Of a DNA stretch of 64,000 bases, positions 1 through 12,304 are shown in pieces. Made by a program: the position numbers and the translations under genes. This DNA comes from Vairimorpha necatrix (lineage: Eukaryota), in the NCBI GenBank assembly GCA_036630325.1, contig CP142732.1:372001-436000 (forward strand). Reading direction: 5' to 3'. Positions within the stretch are counted from its first letter, which is position 1. Every line of letters begins with the position of its first letter. The notes beneath the pieces were generated by a model. The model saw only the letters and a program-made list of their open reading frames with translations, was not told where the DNA came from and did no database searches.

Positions 1-1599
1 AACCGTTAAAAAAGTACTAAGCCAAAATACAATACGTACACAGCCAAATTTTAAAGCTCCATTCATTCTGGTTACTGACGCATCTGAAACGGGAATAGGA
101 GCAGTGCTGCTGCAAAAGAACAAAGGTGGAGCTGAAAAAATGATAGCCGCCTTTAGCAAAAGACTAGAAAATTGTCAGAAGAATTATTCAGTTACCGATA
201 AAGAACTTCTTGGCTTGGTTAAAGGAATAGAACATTTTAGACATTACCTTTTGGGAAGCAAATTTACGCTCAGAACAGACCACAAAGCCTTAATCTGTCT
301 ATGGACAGTGAAGGATCCAACTAGTAGGATTCACAGATGGGCACTCAAATTGTGGAATACGACTTCGAATTGGAGTATATAAAAGGAGAGCATAACATTG
401 CTGATGGCTTTAGTAGATTTCACCAAGAGTGTGAAACATGTAACATTGATTTACATCAGTTATCGAATAATAACATCAACGACATACTAGAGGAGTACCA
501 TAAAATATCAGGGCATGAAACATCAAATACCATGAAATTTATGATTTCACAGGCACTTAAGTGGAAAACAATGCACCAAGACATTTCGAAATTCGTAAGC
601 AATTGCAAAACATGTCTTCGTTCGGGATATCAACGCGTGAAGACAAAGAACAAAGTAATACTTTCAGAAAGACCCAATCAGCTGTGAGAATTTGATCTGC
701 TTGGAAAACTTTCGGACAACAGCGGAAGCGGATACATATTTGTAGCGATCGGATACTACTCTAAATGGATAGAAACCAAGATCTTACGAATCAAAAAGAG
801 CTGTGAAATATATAAGGCGATTGAAGAATTAATCATTAGTAAGCATGGGATACCCGAAAGAATCTTGTCAGACAACGCTTAGAGTTTGACAACAGCGTGG
901 TACAAGCATTAGGTTCGAAGTATAATATATCATGGGAATTTTGTTCGCCATATCATCACCAGACTACAGGCGCGGTTGAGAGGGTCATACAAACATTGAC
1001 GAACAAAATTAGAAAATTAGCAAACTATGGCGAAATTGGCTGGAGGAAAGTTGTCAAAGAAGCTACATTGGCAGTAAATCTATGGTTTAACCGATCAATA
1101 GGAACATCGCCGTACATTCTAAAATACGGTCAGCAAATAACAACAGCCATAGATGAGAGAATAGGAGTTACCCCTAAGACCTATACGAAGCAAGAACTTT
1201 TACGGAAGAGGGACTTAAACTTTAAAAAATACAGCAAATACATCGTTAAAGGAAAAAAAAGATATAAAGCAAAAGTTTAAAATAGGAGAAGATGTTTTAG
1301 TTTACAGAGATTACCCAGGAAGTGGAAAGTTATTAGCTAAATGGTCACCTGGTTATATTATTGTCAAAATTTTAAGTGAAGACGCATTTCTGGTAAAAAG
1401 GAAAAATTCAGCAGGCGAATTGAGAGTTAACATAAGTCATATTAAGAAGGACACGTCGAAGACTGATTGAGGGGGTGTCGTAGCCGATCAAATACTGACC
1501 AATCATATTCTTACAATTGGACAGATTTGTTTTTCTACAAAAAGTATTTAAAAACATTTTCGAAAGAGGGGATGGAAAATTCGAATAAAACATTTGACA
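1..1599 (+). mobile_element. 3' part of a degenerate Ty3/gypsy LTR retrotransposon (RNase H, integrase, PPT, 3' LTR)
   Basis: RNase H motifs (TDAS, NYSVTDKELL, LRTDHKAL) and integrase motifs (SGH..C..C, SPYHHQTTGAVER) lie in frameshifted ORFs 104-1280. A purine tract GAGGGGG precedes TGTC at 1476. Confidence 0.9.
1476..1599 (+). repeat. Putative 124-bp 3' LTR (TGTC...GACA)
   Basis: Follows the PPT and has inverted termini. Contains GGGG-ATG (1572) and AATAAA. The partner LTR would lie outside the window. Confidence 0.7.
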
Positions 1600-3567
1600 A
1601 TTATAATATCTATATTTAACTTTTACATTGTGATTCTATTAATTACAAAATTTCTAAATTGGCGAGAAGGGAACTCTTTAGCGAATAATTTTATACACAT
1701 AAAATTAATAAATTTCAAGTTTAAAATACTGTAATAGAGACGAGTTTGACATATATAGCATAATTTGAAGATATTTTTAGCATGTTAACCTCTAATTTGC
1801 TTTTTTGATTTTACTCTTTGTAAAATACACACTAAGAAAAGAATTTATTGGTTGGTGTTAATATTGTCATAATCAAGAATATAGGCCCAAAATTTAAATA
1901 TTAGATTAATTTTCGCAATGATTAATTAACATCCGAATTGGCGGAAGTTTATAACATTTCTTAAATCTGTAAATAGCAAGATCGGCATGAAATATGAACA
2001 TATGAAAAAGTAAAAATCATTATAGAATCATATTCTAATTATTTTTGTTTTTTAAAAATAAAAATTCTAAATAAAAAATTGATCAAAAAGTACATAAAGT
2101 ATCTCTAGAAATCTTGTAAAAATAATGTATACTATGATATTTTTGAATAAAAAACCTATATTTAAATCTCATAACTAATGCTGTTGATATTTTTATATTT
2201 TTATTACCCCAATTTTTAAGATGGGTAAGGAAGTGTCGGACAAGAATCTCATAAATAAAATGGTGGAGAATATGAAAACAAAGCCAGTTGAAACTACCAT
2301 CAAAAAGGATAATTTGATGAGTGAATGTATAAGGTTAGAAAATATGACCTTCTTCAGAGAAATGTGCGATGAGAGGAAATTCGAATATTTGATTGGAAGA
2401 GCTGAATACTTTATAGTAGATTGGCACCATGAGTTGATGGATACTAAAAGGAGGTGTTCGTTGGATTACGAAAAATGGAAAGAGTTGGCTAGAACCGAAT
2501 TTGATAAGAAAAGGCTTACTATAGGGGAGTTATATCGCAAGGTACAACAAGATGAAGAAACTATACCAACGTTTATAGAAAGAGTTAGAGATTCGGCCAG
2601 GGAGTATAAACTTGCAAAAAAGGAAATCATTGATATAATTACAGCTGGACTTAAAACAGGAATGGGCGATGTAAAAAGATTTTTATTGGCAAATAGTGAT
2701 ATTACAGATGAAAATCTAGAGACAATCAAGAAATTGGAAAGTGAGTGTACAGCTGAATACACCGAATTAATGTTTTAAAATTGATGATTGAAAATCTTCT
2801 ACTCTTTAACTTCGGGGCAAGAAAACAGTTAAATGTTACAACTGTAATAGCTTAGGGCATTATGCTAGAGATTGTCGAAAGCCAAAGAGAAGTAATAATC
2901 TTAAGAGAAACATCAATGAAATTACTGAAGAACTAAAAGATTTATTAAATAAAGAAAATTCAGTTTATATTTGTGGAGAGAAGGTTCCAGTATTGTTTGA
3001 TACAGGTGAAAATTATAATTTTATAAGTAGTGCTAGTGTAGCAAGATTCAACCTTTTAACACATAATAACACAAGGAAATTAAGATTTTGGACATGTTTG
3101 GAAGAATCATTTGTGATAAAAAGACATGTTATATAAAATTATAGATATAAAGGATATTTATATAGATCAAAGTTTTATATATTGCCAAAAGTACGAACTG
3201 AAAAAATCCTATTTGGTAGAGAAACATTAATTAGACTTAATAATATTGAGAAACTGTGTTAGACGTGTGAAATCAAAACATCTGAAGGCTCAAAAGTGAT
3301 CGAGAAGATATATAATTTACCAAAGAAATTGGAAGTAGGAATTGAAATTGCTATTAATAAATTATTAGAAAAGGGATATATACAAAACTCAAAATCAACG
3401 TGGGTTAGTAATTTGAGACCCGTGATAAAGTCAGATGGCAATGTAAAGGTTACAACCAATTTAATAGCACTTTATAGATTGATAGAACAGAAAAATTATT
3501 CTTTACCAAGAATAGATGAAATCCTTTGTAATTTAAGAGACATGACAGTATTTTCTAAATTGGATTT

Positions 3568-6500
3568 TGGCGTGCTGCACAGGGATGCGGCCTGTTCTAA
3601 AGTAATACTCTAAAGAACTATATGTCTGCCCGCCTGTCCCTGGCGGGCTTTTATAATGTTTGTTGTAATTATTTTTATTTGATACTTTTTCCTTTGGGTT
3701 CATCTCCTTTTTTTTTATGGGGTTTAAAATAAAATATTTTAAAAATAAGAAGAAGGGAAAATAATTAAAAATTGTAATTTCATCCTATAGGAAATAGAAA
3801 TGTTATGTGGTCATAATACCACATTCGGCCTTCCTACAACTTTAAATCTCGCACATGTCTAAATTTCTGTTCCCCTTCAAGCCTCACCCATCGCCCTTTA
3901 TTACCTATATAAGCAATTCGTTTCCTTCCCGAATACCTTTTCTCTAACTTCTTAGCACCGTAATTTTTATAATAGACCTTATCATTCAATTTAAATTTAC
4001 TGGCCTTTGGTGACATAATTTTTCTGTTTATACATAATTTTCTTTTAAATGGATCATAAGGCGAATATCTGTTGACTATTCCTAAAGGTTTTGATTCTAT
4101 GTTACGATTATAATTTATAATTATCGCAGTTTCTACTAGTCGCAACTTGTCCTTTACATTTCTTCCTTTATTTATTGATAAGATGAATGAGATTGTTTTG
4201 TTTATTGATTCAGATATTCCGTTAGATCTCGGACTATATTTTGGAATCAATGTATGTCTAATTTTTTCGATGTCTAAATAGTCTTTTAAATGTTTGCTCA
4301 CATATTGACGTCCATTGTCTGAAATAATATATTTAGGTTTTCTATTAATGCTAACCCATTCTTCTATTGAATCTATTACAAATTTAGAATCAATCTTATA
4401 TCCGAAATACAAATGAGTATATCTTGAAAATATATCGGTGATAGTCAAGATGTATCCTGACTCTTTTTTCTCACCATGTACAAAATCATCCAATTTAAAT
4501 GGACCATAAATGTTTGTACTTATTTTTTCAAATGGCTCTTTAGACTCTATTATAATATATTTATCATTTTTACTATAATCTAATTTATATTGCTTGCAAA
4601 TACTACATTTATTTGCTACTGCATATATTTCTCGAATCATTTTCTTCATTGAAATAATATTTTTTTAAATTGTTATATGTAGTTGTGATTCCTCTATGTC
4701 CTGAAATTTCATGAATCATTTTTAATAATTTAAATTTCTTACTATCTTTTATTATTATTCTATTTTTATTATCTAGTTTGTATTTTACATATTGAAAATA
4801 ACTTGACGGTCTTAACATTCAATATATTTTAAGTATCCTTCTTTTTGAAAATTTGTATAACATCTTGATAAGTTATCAGCTATCACATTACTTTTTCCAT
4901 CAACATGTAGAATTTGATTGTCGTATTCATTCATATTTAATTTCCATCGACCAATTCTTGATGTTTCTTTTTTACATCCTAATACGCAATTTTTACTATC
5001 GGTTCTAATTTCCACATATGATCCTTGGACAATTTTTCTAAAATGAGTCATAGAAGATACTATGCACAGGTATTCTTTTTCTACGATTGTATAATTAATT
5101 TCAGATCCGCTAAATTTCTTACTGTATGTATTATTTTTCAATCTTTTTGGGTTAAGACACTTCCCATTCCACTTTCACTTGCATCGCAGTTTAAAGAAAA
5201 TTTTTTAGTGTAATCAGGAAAACTTAATTTATGATTTTCTTTGATAAATTTCCTTATTTCAACAATTTCTTTTTTCATTTGTTCATTGAGTCTTTTATCT
5301 TTATTCTCGTTTTAAATAAGTCACTTATTTGGGAGATCTTTCTAGATAGATTAGGTATAAATTTTCTATACCAATTTAATACACCTATTAATTTTTGGAC
5401 ATCTTTTGGTGTCTTTATTTCTTTATAAAAAATTTTGTTTTCTAAATAGTTAAGTCTCGGAAACAAACCTTCTTCGTTAATTCTGTAGCCTAATATTTCT
5501 ATCTCGGTTTGAAATAATTTTGTTTTTTCATAATTAATTTTTACATTTCGTTCATGAAGTCTTTTCAACACTTGAACTAATAATTTCTCATGTTTCTCTT
5601 TAGTTTTGGAATAAAACACAATGTCGTCTATATAAATAAAACAATTGTTAATTCCTTCTAAGATTTCACTTATACATCTTTGAAAAATCTTGGGTCCCGG
5701 CGTCATTCCAAATGGAATTCTCTTATACTGCCATTGTTTCCCCAATAAGAAAAATGAGGTATATTTTTTACTATCCTCTTTTAATAATATTTGGTTGAAA
5801 CATTACGTAAATCTATTTGGGTAAAATACTTGTTTTGTCCCATAGTAATCAACGAATCTTCAATGTGTGGAATTTTCCATACATCATCTTTTATATGTTT
5901 GTTGATTTCTTTGTAATCTATCACCAATCTAAGTTCTGACTTGTTCTTTTTTCTATAAAAAATGCCGGGCTGATTATATTAGAATTGCTTCTTTCAATTA
6001 TTCCTTCATCCACGAGTCTTTTTAATTCTGTCTTAGCTTTGTCTATATATTTAAATGGTACATTATATACCTTAACCCCAAATCTTTTAGGTGTACTTTC
6101 TAACTCAAATTTAACTTTTAGATCATTTATAAATTTAAAACCTTCATTTTCTTTGATATAAAACTTTAGATTATTTATTGGATTTTCATGCAGACTAATT
6201 CCGCATGTATTCCCATTTAATCTTTCTTCTAAATCGTCTGCTATACTATGTTCTTGTCCTTTTAGCGAGATTAGATTATTTTCAAGCTTTAATGATCTTT
6301 GTTTATAATCAATGACTGCATCATTTTCTCTTAAAAATTCATTGCCCAATAAAAACTCTATATGCGATTTCTCTAATACATAAAATCCTATCCCATAACC
6401 TATTGACTTTCCTAAGTTTACTTTCGTTCTTACTCGTTTCTCACTGACTTGTTTTGAACCATCTCCAAATATTGTCACTATTGGTTTACAGTCTTCAAAA

Positions 6501-7683
6501 GGTAAATTAAACCTTTCTACCATTCGAGTGTTTATATAGTTTCTCAGTGACCCAGAATCTATTATCAAATCAATATTTTGATCCTTGAGCTTCCCTTCTA
6601 CTACTAAATTTATTGGATTATTATCCTTGTTTCCTGTCATTACCATATTACTATTCTCTGATTTATATTTATGGTTTTTATTATTAATTTCCTTGTTTTT
6701 GTTTTTCTCTAAAAAACAATCCTTCGTAACGTGAGAACGCGATCGGTGATGTTTACACCATCTTGAATTTTGATCGCTAGGGTTGACTAAATTTACAGGC
6801 GTCGTCTTCTCCACAGTAAAGTCCTTTTCACACTGTGCGTTTAAACCCGTCTCTATTCTTTCTAAATACTTATACCTTCTTTTGCAGGTTTCTCATGCAA
6901 ATTCATTTTAATGAGTTCCATCTCTGTGTATTTGCCTAATCCTCTGAAAAAAACATTCTTTAATTCGTCTCTGCGATTCTTCTTTGCTTAAATCGAATAT
7001 ATAGCTTTAAATATCTAGGTTAGCTAACACTTCAGAATAATACTCTTTAATAGAAGAAAGTCCTTCTGTTTAATTGATTCTAATAAGCTTAGATAAATTT
7101 TTCTGTTCTCTTTAGGAAATTTAATATTTAGCAATTCCTTTTTAATTTTAATAAATTAATTCTCTGTTAATCCATTCTTATAGTATTCATCCTTAATAAT
7201 ACTATACTCTATTAATCCCATTGGGGAATCATTCCAACCATTACACTCTCCAAGGTGTTCAAATCTTTTGAACACTGCAAACTAATATTTTTTTGTATAT
7301 CATTTATGATTAATATTTTTTCTTACATAATTTTATCTGTACCTTGTATTTTCTTTTCAAAGGTAATGTATTTATCAGTAGAAAATTCCTCCTGATGGGT
7401 TACTTTAATCGTTGCCGTTGATATCAACTTGGCGTGCTGCACAGGGATGCGGCTTGTTCTAAAGTAATACTCTAAAGAACTATATGTCTGCCCGCCTGTC
7501 CCTGGCAGGCTTTTATAATGTTTGTTGTAATTATTTTATTTGATACTTTTTCCTTTGGGTTCATCTCCTTTTTTATGTGGGGTTTAAAATAAAATATTTT
7601 AAAAATAAGAAGGAGGGAAAATAATTAAAAATTGTAATTTCATCCTATAGGAAATAGAATTGTTATGTGGTCATAATACCACA
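3568..7683 (-). mobile_element. Nested Ty3/gypsy element with ~255-bp LTRs, inserted antisense into the RT of the 2182-9951 element
   Basis: LTRs at 3568-3823 and 7430-7683; perfect TSD GATTT (3563-3567, 7684-7688). Minus-strand protease IIDSGS, RT YIDD, RNase H and integrase ORFs (3834-6814). PPT AGGAAGGCCGAA. Confidence 0.95.
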
Positions 7684-9482
7684 GATTTGAAGGATGGATT
7701 TTTTCAAATTCCTTTGGCACCGAAAGATAGTTATAAAACGGCATTCAGATATAAACATAAATTATATGAGTGGAAAGTAATGCCTTAGTGGTTTAAGAAT
7801 GCTCCAGCAATATTTCAACGAAAAATGGATAAAGTTTTGTAAGATGAAATTGGTAAAAGTTGTTTCTGCTACGTAGATGATATTCTAATATTTGGAAAAA
7901 ACAGCAAAAGAGCATGACGAATCATATAATAGAATACGAAAACTTTTACTAGAAAATGGTCTCAAAATCAATGATGAAAAGTGAGTATTTAGACAATCCG
8001 AAGTTATATTCCTGGGATACAAAATTAATTACAACATCATTATTTCGCTCATAGATAAGATGCAAGCTATTGAGGATTAAAAACCACCTAATGACAAAAA
8101 AACAGGTTCAAGAATTTTTAGGTGCTATAAACTATTATAGAAAATTCATTAAAAACTGTTCAATTGTATGTGGTCTTTTGTATGAATTATTAAAAAATAG
8201 GAAAGAATTTAAATGGACGAATATAGAAGAGAACGTTTTTAAAGAAGTTAAAAGAATTTTTATTAATACGATCGGACTATTTCGGCCAGATTGGCCAAAA
8301 AAATTTAAACTAGAGACCGGCTCTTTAAATAAAGGTATAGCTGCAATACTCTCGCAAAATTTTAATGGAGATGAAAAACCAATTGCATTTGCATCGAGAA
8401 GGTTATTAGAACATGAGATTGAATATAGTATTAAGAAAAGGAATGTCGAGCCATGTTATGGGCAATGGAACACTTTCGATATTTTTTATACGGCACACAT
8501 TTTGAAATTATCACAGATCATTAAGCGTTAGAAGCCAAAATAAGGGTCAAATTAAGTCTCTGAGAATACTAAGATGGCTAGATAGAATGTCATTGTTTAA
8601 TTTTAGAATTAGATATAAACGAAGTAAAGAAATTCCTCACGTGGATTGCCTAAGTCGAAATTCTGGATAGGCAACAAACGACAAGAGATTAAATTTACAC
8701 GAAGGGTCGATAAATCAATGTGAAGAAATAGACGAAAAGAAAATGCTTCAGATGATTCGAGAAATTCATAATGAGTTACTTCGCCGTGGGATACAATCAG
8801 TAAAATATGAGATGTATAAGAGAGGTATTAATATAAAAAATTCACAAAAATTTATTAGAAAAATTATAGATTCGTGTGATACATGCAACGAGTACAATTC
8901 TAAAAAATCTAAACAACACATATTTGTTACCTCGAAAGCAAAGGAAGAAAAAATTGCTATAGATATAATAGGTCCAATAAACACACAATACATTATAACT
9001 GGGATTGATTATTTTACGAGAAAAAAATTTGCTAAATTGATAAATAAGAGAAAAGATGAAAATGTAGTTAACTTTCTAAAAGAAATAAGTTATCTATGCC
9101 TTTGAAGACATTGATCCTGGATCAATCGAAAGAAAATCTCAGTAGTAAGGTAAAAATGTATTGCCAAGCAAATAAAATTGAAATTACATTATACCACACC
9201 TTTCCATCACCAGTCAAATGGGCGTGTAGAAAGATTTAATCGTACTTTAAAAGATTAAATATATAAAAATAAAAAGGAAAAATTACTTACTAAAAAGGTT
9301 AACAGAGGAATAGATATATACAATAATAGCTATCATTCGGCTACGAGGATGACGCCAAATGAAGCTTTCTCGTTAGAAAATACGGATGAATTAAAAAATG
9401 CACAACTTAAGAATATTGTTGAATATAATACAGCGCAAATGAGGAAACCAAAAGAAATTAAATTAAATATGGGCGATATAGT

Positions 9483-9689
9483 TGTTACCAGCGAAGTAGC
9501 TGGTGGTGGAAGAAGACTTGCTTTTAGAAGTAACTTGTTTATTTGGCATTCGTCTTTAAGGGGTCTTCCTTAAATACTTTTCTTTGTTTGTTTGTTTATA
9601 TGACAAGCGATGACAGTAAACAAACAAACAATAATGTTAGGGAAGGCACTTCAGCCTTATAACAAGCGGATATGATATATCCGGTAACA
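9483..9689 (-). mobile_element. Solo LTR (207 bp) inside the host element's integrase C-terminus
   Basis: TGTTACC...GGTAACA termini, near-TSD ATAGT/ATAGA. Excision restores the frame GDIVILKEEGIIKEGQPRF. Confidence 0.8.
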
Positions 9690-10941
9690 ATAGATATTCT
9701 TAAAGAAGAAGGAATAATAAAGGAGGGACAACCTAGATTTAAATTAAGGGGCAAAATCCATGAATGTTTAGAGGGTAATACGTACATGATAGACACCGGT
9801 AAAAGAAGGGTTTAAAGGCATATATCTCAACTCAAACTTGTCATTGATGACCCCATTCTTTAAGCGGAGGGATGTTGATATTTTTATATTTTTATTACCC
9901 CAATTTTTAAGATGAGTAAGGAAGTGGCGGACAAGAATCTCATAAATAAAAGATGCTTAGAAAATTATCCAACAAATGTGGTCGAAAAAGGAAGTTTGAT
10001 CATATGAAAAGATCAAAAGATATGGTCAACATGTTGTAATTAACTTTTAAGGAGGTAAAAATATATACGTGGCTAAGTATAGAAGATCTTATTTTAATTG
10101 ATAAGAAATAAATTCGAGACGAAAAAATCTACATATTTTAAAATACCCCTAAATTCAGATATTTCCCATTTGACAAGAAGAAAAAAGAGAAGTTATTGGC
10201 GGAAGCTGAAATTACAATCAGGATCCACTTACCATAGTTGAGAATGAAGAGTTTAGAAATATTATTCTTTTACTTTGGGAAATAAATATGATTATGTAAT
10301 AGTTTTCGAGAAGACACGGGTTGAAAAAAGGTCAAGTTACTACTAAAGAACGAAGAAAAACATAAAATGACTTTTTTCGAAGCAAACATCCAATATTTTT
10401 CGCTGAAAAAGGCGTCGTTGTCAATCCTTTTGGATCAAAGACTAGAATTACGATCATTAAAGATGCTAGAGAGGAATACGTGGGCGGACTCTAAGTGCAC
10501 TGGCTGGGAATATAACTGCTAAAGAAGTGGTATGTGTATAAGAATAGTAGTATATCATTAGATTTTATAAGCATTTATTACATTAGTATTTGAAATGGAA
10601 AATCAAAATTTATAAACGCTCCTAAAAAAAATGTGCTATCAACATCTAACATCTAGGAAAAATGCACAATTATATGAATTATTTAAATCTTTTTCAAAAT
10701 TAAAAAAAATTTACAAATGTATTAACAATAGAAGAGCTTTGTATATTAGGTTGGTGTCTATATACTATATAAAAAATTAACCCCTTTCGCTTGTATACTC
10801 CCTCAACATGGCACTCGGTACGGAACTGAAAATGAAAGGATTAATATTCAAAATTGTTAAGACCAAGGCAGACTTGAAATATTTGGAGTTACAGTATAAC
10901 CCCCATTATATTATCCAAGACAAGGAGAAGATTGAAATCTT

Positions 10942-12304
10942 GGATCAAGTCCATTATATGCCCAGAAAAAACTTAAGTCCATTATGTGCCCAGAGTTTGT
11001 AGTTAAGTCCATTATATGCCCAAATCTTTATAAATCGATAATTTTAAAGACAAATATCCAAAACGAAAAATATAATGAATAATTTTAATCATGTTTTGCT
11101 GCCAACAAAACTGCTAGACTTCCCAACAAACTTTCTACGAACTCATTCTTAAACATGACCTCTTCCAAAAATCCCGGTAATTGGCTTTTCTTTATCCCAC
11201 ACATTGCCTTAATTTTTCCTTTTATTCTGTTCCATAATGACTCGACTGTCTGTGTGTTAACTCCAGTCTTAGGATGCACAAAATAAAATTTATGGTTGAC
11301 CATCTCATGATTAGACCCAAGTATATTTTGAATTTTAACAAAAGCAGCCCAGCTGTCGGAATAAATAGTTGTGCTGGGCATGCATACATCGGTGATTATT
11401 GGATATAAAGTATTTCTTGTTCTATTAGAAAAAATTTTTTAACTGAATCTTGCAGGGCTATTGCTTGTATCAACGATTCCGAATACCCATACCTGCCCAC
11501 TTAGCCACCTATCGCGATTATATTTTGTTTTTTGTACAAACAGGCTTTCATTAATTTGGCATATTTTGCCTGGACCACCTAGTCTAATATGGTTCTCAAC
11601 AAAATATTTGCCCACAAGAGTTCTTAATTTTCAAAATATCTTTTTGGATCAATATTTTTTGAATGCAAAAGTCATTTGCTATATTTATAAACTGTTTGTC
11701 TGCTGCCCAAAGATAAATGACAGTAAAAACATCGATTATAGGCATTCTAAAATCCTTAAAAAAGGAACCATGTCTAATGCTTAAAGTGATGCTATACTTC
11801 GGAAACAACTTATTTTTGCATATCCAACAGCGACCATCTACAATTTCTTTTTGTCTTTCAACCATTTTCAATCCACAACCGCAACAAGACATTTCATTGA
11901 GAAGCATTTCCTCCCTAAGGTATTGTATGTGCTTCTCTACACTCATTTGTTAGAATATCATATTAGTTTTCGAAGTCAGAAAGTTCTCTTCGACTCATTA
12001 AAGTATTAGCAACTTGCTTTTGAAAATTCAAAAAATTGATAAAAAACTTAAGTCCATTATATGACCAGAGTTTTGAGTTAAGTCCATTATATGCCCAAAA
12101 TTTCTAATCCTGGGCATATAATGGACTTGATCCTTAGTTTTCGAAGTCAGAAAGTTCTCTTCGACTCATTAAAGTATTAGCAACTTGCTTTTGAAAATTC
12201 AAAAAATTGATAAAAAACTTAAGTCCATTATATGACCAGAGTTTTGAGTTAAGTCCATTATATGCCCAAAATTTCTAATCCTGGGCATATAATGGACTTG
12301 ATCC
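10942..12304 (-). mobile_element. Merlin (IS1595/ISXO2-like) DNA transposon with a disrupted transposase
   Basis: 24-bp TIRs GGATCAAGTCCATTATATGCCCAG; 8-bp TSD GAAATCTT (10934-10941, 12305-12312). Transposase pieces 11085-11946 include TIYSDSW..HEMVNHKFYFVHPKTGVNTQTVESLW. Subterminal AAGTCCATTATATG repeats. Confidence 0.92.
11963..12304. repeat. 171-bp tandem duplication of one Merlin end, including its TIR
   Basis: 11963-12133 and 12134-12304 read identical by eye. Confidence 0.9.

Larger units (their letters stand above)
2182..9951 (+). mobile_element. Full-length degenerate Ty3/gypsy element with 79-bp LTRs, carrying two nested insertions
   Basis: Direct repeats at 2182-2260 and 9873-9951, with near-TSD AATGC/GATGC. 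PBS TGGTGGAGAA at 2261; PPT before 9873. Gag ORF 2221-2778, then CCHC knuckle CYNCNSLGHYARDC, protease LFDTG, RT YVDD (~7870), RNase H (8070-8531) and integrase (8743-9480), with stops and frameshifts. Confidence 0.92.

Noticed and set aside
10942-11030. Short spaced repeats AAGTCCATTATATGCCC resembling a CRISPR array
   Set aside because: These are subterminal Merlin repeats. The gaps are short and not spacer-like, there are no cas genes, and the context is eukaryotic.
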